The notes beneath the pieces were generated by a model that did no database searches, was not told where the DNA came from, and saw only the letters and a program-made list of their open reading frames with translations. Shown piece after piece: positions 36,899 to 47,231 of a stretch of 58,068 bases of DNA. This DNA comes from an uncultured virus (IMG/VR IMGVR_UViG_3300033047_000037) (Duplodnaviria > Heunggongvirae > Uroviricota > Caudoviricetes). The stretch is taken from IMG/VR virus record IMGVR_UViG_3300033047_000037. One strand, 5' to 3'. The position numbers and the translations under genes were made by a program. Position 1 is the first letter of the stretch. Every line of letters begins with the position of its first letter.

Positions 36899-37357
36899 AT
36901 GAACGTTATAAGAGTTAAAAAGTTAGAGAATGAGGCAGTCTTGCCTTCTGCGGCCAATGACACGGATGCTGGTTATGATCTGGTAGCCATTGATGAAGGT
37001 ACGTTTAAATGGGATGATAATCATAGTATATTGTACATCCAATATAGAACAGGATTATCGATAGAGCCGCCAGAAGGCTATCATACAGAGATATTTCCAA
37101 GATCTAGCATCAGCAAGACAAACCTTATGTTGGCGAACAGTATTGGGCTGATTGATGAAGGTTATAGGGGTGAAATTCTTGTAAGATTTAAAGTTATACC
37201 CGCTGATAAGCTTCGAACGAATGTAAATAGGTATCAAGCAGGCGATCGAATAGCTCAATTGGTCATTCGCAAAACTGAGAAAGCGACTTTCGAGCTAGTA
37301 GAAGAACTAGAAGAGACCTCAAGAGGAAATGGGGGCTTTGGTTCTTCTGGAAAATAA
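36899..37357 (+). CDS. dut: trimeric dUTPase
   Basis: AGYDL, PRSS, NSIGLIDEGYRGEI, GDRIAQL, RGNGGFGSSG. Confidence 0.97.
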   Translation: MNVIRVKKLENEAVLPSAANDTDAGYDLVAIDEGTFKWDDNHSILYIQYRTGLSIEPPEGYHTEIFPRSSISKTNLMLANSIGLIDEGYRGEILVRFKVIPADKLRTNVNRYQAGDRIAQLVIRKTEKATFELVEELEETSRGNGGFGSSGK

Positions 37358-37382
37358 AATGTTAGTAAATTAGGATTTCATT

Positions 37383-40300
37383 ATGGCCAGCCCAACTGCT
37401 AGTATTAGCATTTTGAATAGAACAAGCGGATATTCGCCTTTTGCCGTATGGACACATGCGCTTGGCAGCAATCTTGGTGGTCATGATTCTGAACACTGTT
37501 TGTTTGAATGGGATTTTGACAATGCTACAGCTACCAACTATAGCGGCAATGGCGACAATAGAAAATACCATCCAGAAAACAATAAGACAAAAATAAGATG
37601 TAGCGATTATAGATTAGAAGTGCAAACAGACGTTGTGACTAATAGTGCTTTTAGAGAGGTCAGTCTTTCTTCTGATCAAAACTGCATGATAGGCGTTTTC
37701 TGTTTTCCAGAAGTTGTAACAGATAAAGACATTACTGTTACGGTTCGCAACTCTGATGGAACAGATACAGATGTTGGGACAATATCTTCGCTAGACGCTC
37801 CTGGCCCCCACAACTCTTGGTCGGCAGTAAATGGCTGGACTGTCCTTGATATTGATTCTTATGCTAGTATAGGACAGGCTGTGACTGCCGCAAACTCGGC
37901 TGGTGACAAAGTTGTTCTTAGACTGAATAGCGATGAAGATTATACGATTTCTTCAACCCTAAGTATAACTGCTACTAATTTTTGGATGTTAACTAAAGAT
38001 ATCGGAAATGCAAGTATTATCAAAGATGGGTCTTGGATCGCAGGCAGTAGTGCATCTTTAGTAAAAATACTGGGATCTATTTGTAGAATAGAAAATATAA
38101 CGTTATTGGGGAGTTCTGGATCATCCATATATGACATGATTGGGATTTCTATAGATGCAGAAGAAGTGGTAGTAACGGAATGCGTATTTAGGTATTTTGC
38201 AAAATATGTTATATCTAATAACGACTACTTCTATCTACAGAACAATAAATTCTATGATTGCACAAATAACGCAGTAGAAGGTAATGGAAGCTATTTCGTT
38301 GCTCATGGAAATTTCTGGGCAGAAGATGAAGCGGCTCCGGCTCAGTCAGTAGACGGTTATCTATTTGATATAGGTAGAGATACTGGTTCTTCTTCTGTTT
38401 ATGGTTGCTCTTTGGCTTTTAATAGAATGAGATTCAAAGGAACCGTTTCTTCCTTTAGTCCGACTGTCTTTATTGGCGGTGGAGGAACCAATGACTATCC
38501 ATCAACAACTGCAACAGCCTCTTCAACAGGACCAGTTAGATTTAGCCATGTAGATAATGCTAGCATATATCATAATACTATGACCGAGGGTGGTAGTCAG
38601 TTTGAAATAGCAACATCTAACGTTAGAATAGATGGCAACCTTATAACAAATGGAGGCATACTGTTCTCTATCAACATCAACAATGGTGCCCAGAACGTGG
38701 TTATTTGCAATAATATTTTGCAATTAAATCCAAATGCGGATTATAGTTCAGGGATTATATATGGGCATGATGATGATGGATTATCGGGCTCTATTGATTC
38801 TATATACCTAATTAGTAACACATGCATACTTTCAGACAACATAAGAACAGGCATTGGCGGTCCTTTGAATTTCCGAGAAAACGGAAGAACCATAAATGAA
38901 AATGCTTTTAGGGTTTATAATAACATATTTGCAGCAGACTCTAGCTTTGTTTCATACCTAATAGGCTTTGATGATCCTGATGATAATCATGTTGTTTTTA
39001 GTGATAATGTCTATCCAGACAAGCTCGACGAGTCTCCTATCGCAAGAATAGATGATACAAGAATTTTTATGGGAGATTATTTAGCTACATATGACCCAAA
39101 TGGATCTAGAGAAAAATTTAGATTAGATGAATTTAAGACAAGAATATTTTACTACTATGTTGACGATGATTTATATACAAATGTCGGAAGCACTAATATC
39201 GCCCTGACTAATGCAAAATCATGTTTGAGAGATTTTCATGGAGTTATTAGATCCTTCGGTGAATCAGGATCTCAAAAGGGCGCAGTAGATACGCCTTCTG
39301 GAGTTTTTGATGCGCCAGATACCTCAGATTTTTCTGTAACATGGAATGATGTTACTCGGACAAGAGGATCTGGTCAGGGAGATTGCGACGATGGTTATTT
39401 TGAAATTAGAGATCCAGAAAATAATGACATACTAATATATGGGCTAAATAACCAATCAGTACAGTATCTATTTGAGCATGATGATTATAGGTCGGTTGGA
39501 GATTATGTTAGAACGGATATAAGTACAACAATTGTTAGCAATGGCATTGATATAGAGGTTGTTTTTACAAATGACGGACCAGGCGGTCAGGATAATGATG
39601 AAGAAGAGAGCGTAGAACAGAGGATGGGGCAGACCAGCCTAAATATGTGGACCCTTGGAAGAGTTATAAACGCCATGAGAAATAGGACTTGGGACAAATG
39701 GCCTGAGTTTGAAAATTATGATGGTAATGTATTTAACTTAGCGATATATGAATATCCTGGTAGTAAAGAATTCCCCTTAATTGCCATAAGAAATAAGGAT
39801 TATGTTTGTGGCGTAAGTGTTATGTGGAACATAGAGGGAGCAACGGGATTGTTCTTTCAAGAAGGCGTTATTGGTTCTGATAATAGATCTTGGGCAACAA
39901 GCACTAATTGGTACGATTCAAAAATAGGAGGTAGTAGCTGGTATAGCCTTAGAGAGGGAGATTCTGTTACTGTTACTTTCTCAGTAAGAGTAAAGAGATC
40001 CCCAAGGCATGAAGATTGGGTTACTATAGCAGAGCCGTATAAGGACTATTTTTGGAACAAATATGGCAGCTACGCAGAATATTGCAAAGATCCAAGACCT
40101 ATATCTCAGGAGCTAATTGCTACGCCCGAGAATGTCACTAGTACAAATACTTTTGGATATTCTGGAGGAAGGGGATATGGCGGTCCTTCGAAAAATGGAT
40201 GGCGAGCATTTATAGGTCATGCAACTGATTTAAATAATGCAAATATTCAAAGATTTATGATGTGGACTCCATCTGGTATCATCAATTATAATCCAACTTA

Positions 40301-41480
40301 TAACTTTCCATTTATTATGTGGAGTAGATTTTATGATGGAAATAGAACCATTGTAGATGGAATTTATACTGGCGATAGAGACTATGTTGTTGGAGAGGTT
40401 ACTGATTTAGGGTTTGTTAATGAAATACCTCTGATGGAAGACCTTGCTTTCAATTTCCCGAAAGTAGGATATTACTGGGGAAGAACAACGGAGCCTATGG
40501 CGGGGGATTGGGACACTTTATCAAAAGAGAATATGGATTTCAATAACAGCACTCATCTTGGTCTTTATAATTTAGAATTAGATTATATGGCTAACGAAAT
40601 GAGATGTGGCGCTGTAGGGTTGGATGCTTATGCATTTAGAAATAGTAGCGATAACGATAATTGGGTCACAGAAGAGATAGCCCTTTTGGATCATACTAAA
40701 GAAAGGTGGCCGCATGTAAACCTATTGGTTGAAAAAACGCTTCCAGATTTTTTACATATTAAGGCTGGCAATTTTTATCTAATGAGAGACCTGGATGGTC
40801 ATGTTAACGGCTATCATAATTTAGCAGATTACATAATTCCTGGTCACGAATCTTGGGCTCAGTATCAAGTAGTTCCTTATAGAAATGTCTTGGATAGTTT
40901 TACTTTCCAGACAGAGGATGGTCAGTTATTGAAAACTCTTAGAGATGTAGCTTCTTATGGCTTTGTTCCGTTGGCTACTGCTTCGGTAGAAGATATGACG
41001 CTAGATGATGTTGAATCGGATGCACATGCCGCAGATACATGGTGGAGATATCATTCTAGACCTGCCGACAATGGAGCCCCTGCTACTCCTGCTGATTTTG
41101 AATATTTATTTGAGAGAAATCAAGCATTGTTTTCAGAAAAGTATAACATACTAAGATGGACAGCCAATACTGAGGCAGATATGTCTCATTATGAAGTTTG
41201 GCGTGCTATTGTTACAGTTGGAGTTCCAGATACAGATACATTTATATGGGTTGATAACATTTTTGAAAATACGTTTTATGATAGAGCGTTTAAGCCCGAT
41301 CAGGATAATGTATATAAAATAAGAGCAGTAGACAAATATGGTAACAAGTCGGGCTTTACAAGCGAATCAAGAATAACAAGATTAGATAATACGGCAGAGA
41401 TATTACCTCCCATAGAAGTTATAGCTCAGTCCTCATCTCAGAATGCTACAATAACAATAAATTGGCAAGAACCGGGATGA
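37383..41480 (+). CDS. large tailspike/depolymerase-like protein (beta-helix, GH-like region, FN3)
   Basis: Asn-rich parallel beta-helix pattern (IENITL, NNKF, GNLI, NNIF); aromatic-rich C-terminal half; FN3-like end LRWTANTEADMSHYEVWR...YKIRAVDKYGNKS. Confidence 0.65.
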   Translation: MASPTASISILNRTSGYSPFAVWTHALGSNLGGHDSEHCLFEWDFDNATATNYSGNGDNRKYHPENNKTKIRCSDYRLEVQTDVVTNSAFREVSLSSDQNCMIGVFCFPEVVTDKDITVTVRNSDGTDTDVGTISSLDAPGPHNSWSAVNGWTVLDIDSYASIGQAVTAANSAGDKVVLRLNSDEDYTISSTLSITATNFWMLTKDIGNASIIKDGSWIAGSSASLVKILGSICRIENITLLGSSGSSIYDMIGISIDAEEVVVTECVFRYFAKYVISNNDYFYLQNNKFYDCTNNAVEGNGSYFVAHGNFWAEDEAAPAQSVDGYLFDIGRDTGSSSVYGCSLAFNRMRFKGTVSSFSPTVFIGGGGTNDYPSTTATASSTGPVRFSHVDNASIYHNTMTEGGSQFEIATSNVRIDGNLITNGGILFSININNGAQNVVICNNILQLNPNADYSSGIIYGHDDDGLSGSIDSIYLISNTCILSDNIRTGIGGPLNFRENGRTINENAFRVYNNIFAADSSFVSYLIGFDDPDDNHVVFSDNVYPDKLDESPIARIDDTRIFMGDYLATYDPNGSREKFRLDEFKTRIFYYYVDDDLYTNVGSTNIALTNAKSCLRDFHGVIRSFGESGSQKGAVDTPSGVFDAPDTSDFSVTWNDVTRTRGSGQGDCDDGYFEIRDPENNDILIYGLNNQSVQYLFEHDDYRSVGDYVRTDISTTIVSNGIDIEVVFTNDGPGGQDNDEEESVEQRMGQTSLNMWTLGRVINAMRNRTWDKWPEFENYDGNVFNLAIYEYPGSKEFPLIAIRNKDYVCGVSVMWNIEGATGLFFQEGVIGSDNRSWATSTNWYDSKIGGSSWYSLREGDSVTVTFSVRVKRSPRHEDWVTIAEPYKDYFWNKYGSYAEYCKDPRPISQELIATPENVTSTNTFGYSGGRGYGGPSKNGWRAFIGHATDLNNANIQRFMMWTPSGIINYNPTYNFPFIMWSRFYDGNRTIVDGIYTGDRDYVVGEVTDLGFVNEIPLMEDLAFNFPKVGYYWGRTTEPMAGDWDTLSKENMDFNNSTHLGLYNLELDYMANEMRCGAVGLDAYAFRNSSDNDNWVTEEIALLDHTKERWPHVNLLVEKTLPDFLHIKAGNFYLMRDLDGHVNGYHNLADYIIPGHESWAQYQVVPYRNVLDSFTFQTEDGQLLKTLRDVASYGFVPLATASVEDMTLDDVESDAHAADTWWRYHSRPADNGAPATPADFEYLFERNQALFSEKYNILRWTANTEADMSHYEVWRAIVTVGVPDTDTFIWVDNIFENTFYDRAFKPDQDNVYKIRAVDKYGNKSGFTSESRITRLDNTAEILPPIEVIAQSSSQNATITINWQEPG

Positions 41481-41518
41481 TGAATTTTGTCGATGAAAGT
41501 GCTAGGTAGGAATTTTTT

Positions 41519-43534
41519 ATGGCTAATCCTGAAGACTTTTCACATTATAACGTATATAGGTCATCGCTTTTTGCGGGGCCGTATGTCCTTATTGCATCAA
41601 CAATTGATACGACCTTTGAAGATACAACTGCCATTGTTGGGGAGATATACTTCTACCAGATAACAAGCGTGGATCTTTATGGGAATGAATCAGATCCTTC
41701 TGCTCCTATATCTCTAACTTTTTCTTCCTCTTCGGGTTCTATTACACTGGCTTCGCTTACTCCAGATAATGTTGTAGTTGTATATAGAGAATTTGATAAC
41801 GAAAGCCAGGAGTTCGCTGAAAGATATCGTGATTTTCATAATTTACAGAACGATCAAGTCATAGCTGTACCTTGCTCTTCTATTGAAATACTTGCAGATT
41901 ATTCGGATTTTCAGAGCCAAATAGAAAACCCTATCTTAGATGCCTTGACAGCATCAGGCGCACCGCTTCTTGACCGAAGCGTTTATGCCATTGTTGTTAT
42001 GCCTCGTGTTCCTGGCGGATTCTATGACGGTATAGGCATAATATCTACAACATCTCGGTTGTCGAGAATCTATTTTCCTTACAACTCTTCTGAGCGAAAA
42101 GTCTTAAATCCGCTATACGACCCAATCGTCTTCAAAAGGTTCAGCGAAAACGATCTCGACAAGGCGATTATTTGTACACGATTTGACTCTCCGACAGCAG
42201 CCATTACAAATCAGTGGTTTGACAATAGCGAAACGGCAGTGCAGCAATTATCTGTATCAGGTAAGCTATACTACGACCCCTATGCAGCTATCTTTAGGTC
42301 CGGCGCAGAAGAATACGAATCCGAGCAAGTTTCATTCCTGAATGGTTTTGCTCGCAATTTAGGACTAGACATAGAAGAGACCACTCGTGTAGATCCTTAT
42401 ATAGATCCCATACTACCAAGAGTTACAGATGACTCATTTGTTTGGAGTTGGGGCGCTGATGAGAGCAGTCTAACTTTCTTTCGCACCAGTACATCTCTTC
42501 GATGCTTGTTCTATAACGCAGATTTTGATGGAGCCTCAACAATAAGGGATATAGATTCTCGTTCTTGGCCCCTATTGGCTATCCGTAGTGGTTATGTTGC
42601 AACTGCTGGCTCAATGAGTGATGATGGAATTGACACCTTCCTAAGACCCTTCCCCATGTTTAATGCCTTATTCAGGGGAGCAACCCTTGGCGAAGCTTTC
42701 TTGTATTCGCAACCAAAACTAAATACGTCCATGGCGGTATTTGGAGATCCGTTATTGCAAGTTGTTTTCCCGATTGCATCTAGTAGCTCTGATCTTGTTC
42801 AGGAAGATGAAGCCTGGGAACTCATGGGAGACTGCCTAGCTCAGGCTATTGCTGCAAACTTCCGAAAGAGTACAATACTAAAAGAACTAAGGGATGACAT
42901 AATTTCAGGAGATGATATTGACGTAACTTTGGACCTAGCCAATGTTGCTAATGTTCTTGGCAGCGTATATGAAGATCCAGACTGGAAGAATGACTACTTC
43001 AACCTGGTTCATTCATATATAAATATGGCTGTTCAGAGAAATGCAACAGCCTTTCCCGCTCACTACCCATTATTGAATGACTACCTAGACGAAACAGAAA
43101 AGCTTATGAGCGAGATTGTTCTCGATGCTGCACAAAATGATGTTCTCAAGAATTCGATAAACACTATCTATCTAAGAGTGGAGGGTTCTTGGGAATTCGT
43201 CTTTGAATTAGAACATCCCAATGAGGATGATTTTGCTTTTTATCAGTTTGAGTTTGATGTATCTACAACTGCTGATTTTGATGAAGAAGATATCGTCCTA
43301 AGCAAAGAATCAGAAAGCAGTGTAACTAATTGGGAGCGACAAAATGAGAATAATGTTTATGAACCAATGAGCGTTAACGGCGTTACATCTAACTTTGTGG
43401 GGAAAAATGTTAGATACATAAATAAAGAAGGCGAAGAGTTGGAAAGAGGAGTTTTTTACTATTTTCGAGTAAGACAGAAGGATCAACTAGCAACATACCC
43501 ATACCGGGTCTTTAGGCAGATTATATACAGATGA
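41519..43534 (+). CDS. FN3 plus TIGR03790-like domain protein
   Basis: HYNVYRS...YFYQITSVDLYGNES; VVVVY...SQEFAERY...IENPI...VP; GYVATAGS...GATLGEAF...FGDPL. Confidence 0.65.
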   Translation: MANPEDFSHYNVYRSSLFAGPYVLIASTIDTTFEDTTAIVGEIYFYQITSVDLYGNESDPSAPISLTFSSSSGSITLASLTPDNVVVVYREFDNESQEFAERYRDFHNLQNDQVIAVPCSSIEILADYSDFQSQIENPILDALTASGAPLLDRSVYAIVVMPRVPGGFYDGIGIISTTSRLSRIYFPYNSSERKVLNPLYDPIVFKRFSENDLDKAIICTRFDSPTAAITNQWFDNSETAVQQLSVSGKLYYDPYAAIFRSGAEEYESEQVSFLNGFARNLGLDIEETTRVDPYIDPILPRVTDDSFVWSWGADESSLTFFRTSTSLRCLFYNADFDGASTIRDIDSRSWPLLAIRSGYVATAGSMSDDGIDTFLRPFPMFNALFRGATLGEAFLYSQPKLNTSMAVFGDPLLQVVFPIASSSSDLVQEDEAWELMGDCLAQAIAANFRKSTILKELRDDIISGDDIDVTLDLANVANVLGSVYEDPDWKNDYFNLVHSYINMAVQRNATAFPAHYPLLNDYLDETEKLMSEIVLDAAQNDVLKNSINTIYLRVEGSWEFVFELEHPNEDDFAFYQFEFDVSTTADFDEEDIVLSKESESSVTNWERQNENNVYEPMSVNGVTSNFVGKNVRYINKEGEELERGVFYYFRVRQKDQLATYPYRVFRQIIYR

Positions 43535-43998
43535 TAGGAACGTACAACTACAGATTGACAGCAGAAACCATTGCTGAAGCACAGGATATGGGTTCTGATG
43601 CGCTTTCTGGCTTGCTCTGCATGCGGTCTGAGCTTCTTGGCGCAGATGTTAATCAGTATAACAGATTTCGTCGTCATCTGGTTAATTCAATTGATGCAAC
43701 ATACAATATGATAGCCATAAAACACGTCAATCTCTCAAGGCCAATACAAAAGTTTGTTAGAACTTTGCAAGAGCATGTATTGAGGCATTATGGCAGCGAT
43801 TTTGGATATACTACGATTGATGAGTTTCTTATTGATCAGTATATACAGGTTCCTCAGACGTTTGCAGATATATCAAGTTTCTTGGGATACCCGATAACAG
43901 AGGTTGGAACCAAGGCTGCTAGATGGAGAGATTTCGATGACGTTCAGTGGGATGAGATTGATCTTAGTTGGGAAAGAATTGGATGGGATAATCTTTAA
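43531..43998 (+). CDS. hypothetical (probable structural) protein
   Basis: ATGA overlap; C-terminal W.D...W..I...WE repeat. Confidence 0.7.
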   Translation: MIGTYNYRLTAETIAEAQDMGSDALSGLLCMRSELLGADVNQYNRFRRHLVNSIDATYNMIAIKHVNLSRPIQKFVRTLQEHVLRHYGSDFGYTTIDEFLIDQYIQVPQTFADISSFLGYPITEVGTKAARWRDFDDVQWDEIDLSWERIGWDNL

Positions 43999-44013
43999 TA
44001 GGATAAAACAAAA

Positions 44014-44562
44014 ATGCCAGGCGACATAAAGAACGAAACACCAGCGAATACTTATAAAGACCTATTCCATGCTAACAATAATGGATTGGGCGTGGATAGC
44101 AATCTACGCGCAGTTTATGATGGAAACGGCACGGTATTACCTATTCAGATTTCATCAGGACAAATAGCTGGCAACGCAGGCGATGGTGCTTGGCAGAACG
44201 TAGTTCTACAAGACTATAAAGTAAAATTTTTAGACATGGGCAGCGTAGGAGATTCTGTGGCAAATCCAACGGAGATTGGGTTGAACGCAGGTAATAGTTT
44301 TCGGCTTGCCCTTACTGATAGTATATCAGCAATAACTTTTTTGAATGCCCCAGGCACAGATGATCAGTATGAATTAACAATGATTGTAGAACAGGGCAGT
44401 GGTCCCCATTCTATAACTTGGCCTGCTTCTGTAAAATGGCCTGGAGGAACGGCTCCTACGTTGTCATCAACAAGTGGTCGGGTAGATATCTTCAAGATGA
44501 TTACAGTTGACCAAGGAGTTACTTGGTATGCCTGGATTGTTGGTCAAGACTATGGGGCATAA
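44014..44562 (+). CDS. tail-fibre-associated beta-sandwich protein
   Basis: ITWPASVKWPGGTAPTLS...RVDIF motif typical of fibre C-terminal domains. Confidence 0.65.
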   Translation: MPGDIKNETPANTYKDLFHANNNGLGVDSNLRAVYDGNGTVLPIQISSGQIAGNAGDGAWQNVVLQDYKVKFLDMGSVGDSVANPTEIGLNAGNSFRLALTDSISAITFLNAPGTDDQYELTMIVEQGSGPHSITWPASVKWPGGTAPTLSSTSGRVDIFKMITVDQGVTWYAWIVGQDYGA

Positions 44563-44572
44563 TGAGGATTAA

Positions 44573-46486
44573 ATGGTAAAGAAGAAAAAAGAGGGACTCT
44601 CTGAGTCTCTACGACAAATAAAGAATGATATAAAAGCGGATAACGTTAAAAGAAGATTTGGCGCTAAGCTGCCAAGTATCTTAGAATTCGTTGACGATGA
44701 AAAATGGTTGGGCTTTGCTCACTATCCAAACCCCATTAAGCTATATCCTTTTCAAGAGATTATGCTAAAGTGTTTTTACAGGGGGTCTCCTGGTAATGAA
44801 AACCTAAAACTCACACCTGAAGAAAATAAGCTTATAAGAGATTCAGGAATGGATGAAGCTGACAATGGTAGTTTGTTAGACAAGTGGGAAAACAAGAACA
44901 TTTTTAGAGAACTCGTTCTGGTTTGGGGTCGTCGTAGTGGAAAAGACTTCATCGTTTCAATCGTAGCCTTATATGAAGCGATGCGTCTTCTTGAAACGCC
45001 TGGGGGCAACCCTTATGCAACCTACAAACTTGGACAAGCGGCCCCTATGACCATTCTTACGATTGCCAACTCTTCTAATCAAGCGAAGATTCTCTTTAGA
45101 GAGATGCGTCAAAAAATTCAGATGTCACCCTACTTCGATGATAAAGTTGGCAAGATTACAGACGACAGAATCTATCTACTAACTCCTCACGACAAAGAGG
45201 CGAATAGGAAGCTAGCGGACAAGGGTCTAGCGATACAGCCAGGTTCGGTTCAAATTGTTGCTGGTCACTCAAACTCAAACTCACTTGTTGGTCTTTCTTG
45301 TTTCGCTATTCTGTTTGACGAAATTGGTACATACAAAAACACAGCAGGTGCCTCTTCTGGCGATCAGCTATATCACAACCTTACTCCTGCAACTAAGACT
45401 TATGTTCGTAAGGAAGCAGTTTTAGATGATAATGGTAAGGAGAAACTATTGCCTGACGGAACGACTGAAACTAAGCAAGTAGTAGATGGCCGAGTAATCT
45501 GTATCTCTACCCCTCGTGGTAAAGAAGGCATATTTTACGATTTATACAGCAAGGCGGATCAGGTTGAACATCGCTTTATGATGAGAGCCCCTACTTGGGT
45601 CATCAATCCAAACTTACCTCGTGCGCTTCTTATGCAAGAATCTCCTGATATGTCAGATTCTAAATTTAGCATGGAGTACGGCGCTGAGTTCTTTGGAACG
45701 GCTGGTGAATCTCTGTTCCCGAGAGATAAGGTTACAAATTGTTTTAGTCATACGAATTTGAAGATAGTAAATCATGGCGTGCCAGGCTTTACTTATTTTG
45801 CTCACTTAGATCCAGCGACATCGAGTCATAATTATGCTCTCTGTATCGTTCATCAAGAAACATTTTTGCATCCAGATTCGGGTAAGATGGATTATCGCAT
45901 TGTGGTTGATCACATAACCCATTGGTCTCCATTGGCTGATAAGGTTATTCCAGTTGAAGAAGTTGATGATTATATGATTGAGATCAACAAGAGATTCCAT
46001 CTCGGCGAAGTAACTTATGATCACTGGAATAGTAAGGGAAGTATACAGAAACTTAGAAAACACGGTATTCCTGCTAAGCAGACTCCGTATACACGGCCTT
46101 ACAAGCAAGAGATATATGACAATCTGTATCAATTGGTAATTTCTGACAGGATTCTCATCCCAAGATACAGACTTTTGGAAAATGAGATGATAAATTTACA
46201 GAGAAAATGGGTAGGTAATTCATACAAAGTAATGCCCAAAATCGATGCTGATTGCAACACAGACGACATTGTTGACGCCCTTGCTGGGGCCTGTTACAAC
46301 ATTAGGCAGTTAGCAACTCGCGGATTACCGCAAGGAAGATTGGTAAGTATGCCAGTATCACCACAAGGGTCAAACACTGTTTGGAGATCCATGCAAGGAA
46401 TTCCCTATGGCTATGGCTCAGGTCAGCAGGTGGCAAAAAATATGGCAAATAGATCCCAAGCCCACCCATTTAATCGCCCACAGTAA
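44573..46486 (+). CDS. terL: terminase large subunit
   Basis: LYPFQ, WGRRSGKD Walker A, ILFDE Walker B, ISTPRG motif III, EYGAEF, AHLDPA and DDIVDALAG nuclease acidic residues. Confidence 0.92.
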   Translation: MVKKKKEGLSESLRQIKNDIKADNVKRRFGAKLPSILEFVDDEKWLGFAHYPNPIKLYPFQEIMLKCFYRGSPGNENLKLTPEENKLIRDSGMDEADNGSLLDKWENKNIFRELVLVWGRRSGKDFIVSIVALYEAMRLLETPGGNPYATYKLGQAAPMTILTIANSSNQAKILFREMRQKIQMSPYFDDKVGKITDDRIYLLTPHDKEANRKLADKGLAIQPGSVQIVAGHSNSNSLVGLSCFAILFDEIGTYKNTAGASSGDQLYHNLTPATKTYVRKEAVLDDNGKEKLLPDGTTETKQVVDGRVICISTPRGKEGIFYDLYSKADQVEHRFMMRAPTWVINPNLPRALLMQESPDMSDSKFSMEYGAEFFGTAGESLFPRDKVTNCFSHTNLKIVNHGVPGFTYFAHLDPATSSHNYALCIVHQETFLHPDSGKMDYRIVVDHITHWSPLADKVIPVEEVDDYMIEINKRFHLGEVTYDHWNSKGSIQKLRKHGIPAKQTPYTRPYKQEIYDNLYQLVISDRILIPRYRLLENEMINLQRKWVGNSYKVMPKIDADCNTDDIVDALAGACYNIRQLATRGLPQGRLVSMPVSPQGSNTVWRSMQGIPYGYGSGQQVAKNMANRSQAHPFNRPQ

Positions 46487-46496
46487 GGAGAAAATC

Positions 46497-47231
46497 ATGC
46501 CAGGCTTTAACTTAAGAAAAACAACGGCTCAATCCAAGATTCATGACAAGATGCTTGGTGACCAGCAAAAAGAGGTAGGCACAAGTATTGGCTCTACCAC
46601 AGAAACCATACAGTCCCATCTAGAAGGTGTCCGAGGCGAAGGCCAGGGAGAAAATCTAGATATAGTAACGGAAGGACAGATGCAAGAACCTCACAAGGCT
46701 GCAACTAGTGCCGATCAGGTTACTCAGGGTCAGTTGAGTTCATCGGATAATCGTCACAGAGACCCTAATGTTGATGATGCCATCATGAAACCGATGGATG
46801 CATTGGCCGAGGCTCGCCATCAGCAACATGCAGAAGCATATGCTGCTGACAATAAACCGGATAGGGAAACTAAATTCTGGGATGATTTCGTGGGAACCCA
46901 AATGGAGCGAAAGCCCCATAAGGTTATAGCAGCCGACCCCGGCTCTGCAAGTCAGCTACATAATCATCCTGACAGATTCAAGAATCTTTCATCGAATCCA
47001 ACAGAAGTCGATGTAAGAAATAACGAAAAGTCTCTTGATAATAAAGACAACGTTGAAGATATGACGATGGCATCTATTGGAGACTTGGATAAACAGATTT
47101 TTGCAACCTTCTATGGTGCTGCTTCAGAAAGTAGAGAACTAACAGAATCGGAAGCAGGAGATATTGTTTCTCTTTCTGAAGCGAAGGTTGGTATTTTGAA
47201 CCTGATCAAGAATATTGCAGAAGAGGAATAA
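46497..47231 (+). CDS. hypothetical head-module protein
   Basis: AAGGAG RBS before ATG 46497; begins MPGFNLRKTTAQ. Confidence 0.8.
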   Translation: MPGFNLRKTTAQSKIHDKMLGDQQKEVGTSIGSTTETIQSHLEGVRGEGQGENLDIVTEGQMQEPHKAATSADQVTQGQLSSSDNRHRDPNVDDAIMKPMDALAEARHQQHAEAYAADNKPDRETKFWDDFVGTQMERKPHKVIAADPGSASQLHNHPDRFKNLSSNPTEVDVRNNEKSLDNKDNVEDMTMASIGDLDKQIFATFYGAASESRELTESEAGDIVSLSEAKVGILNLIKNIAEEE

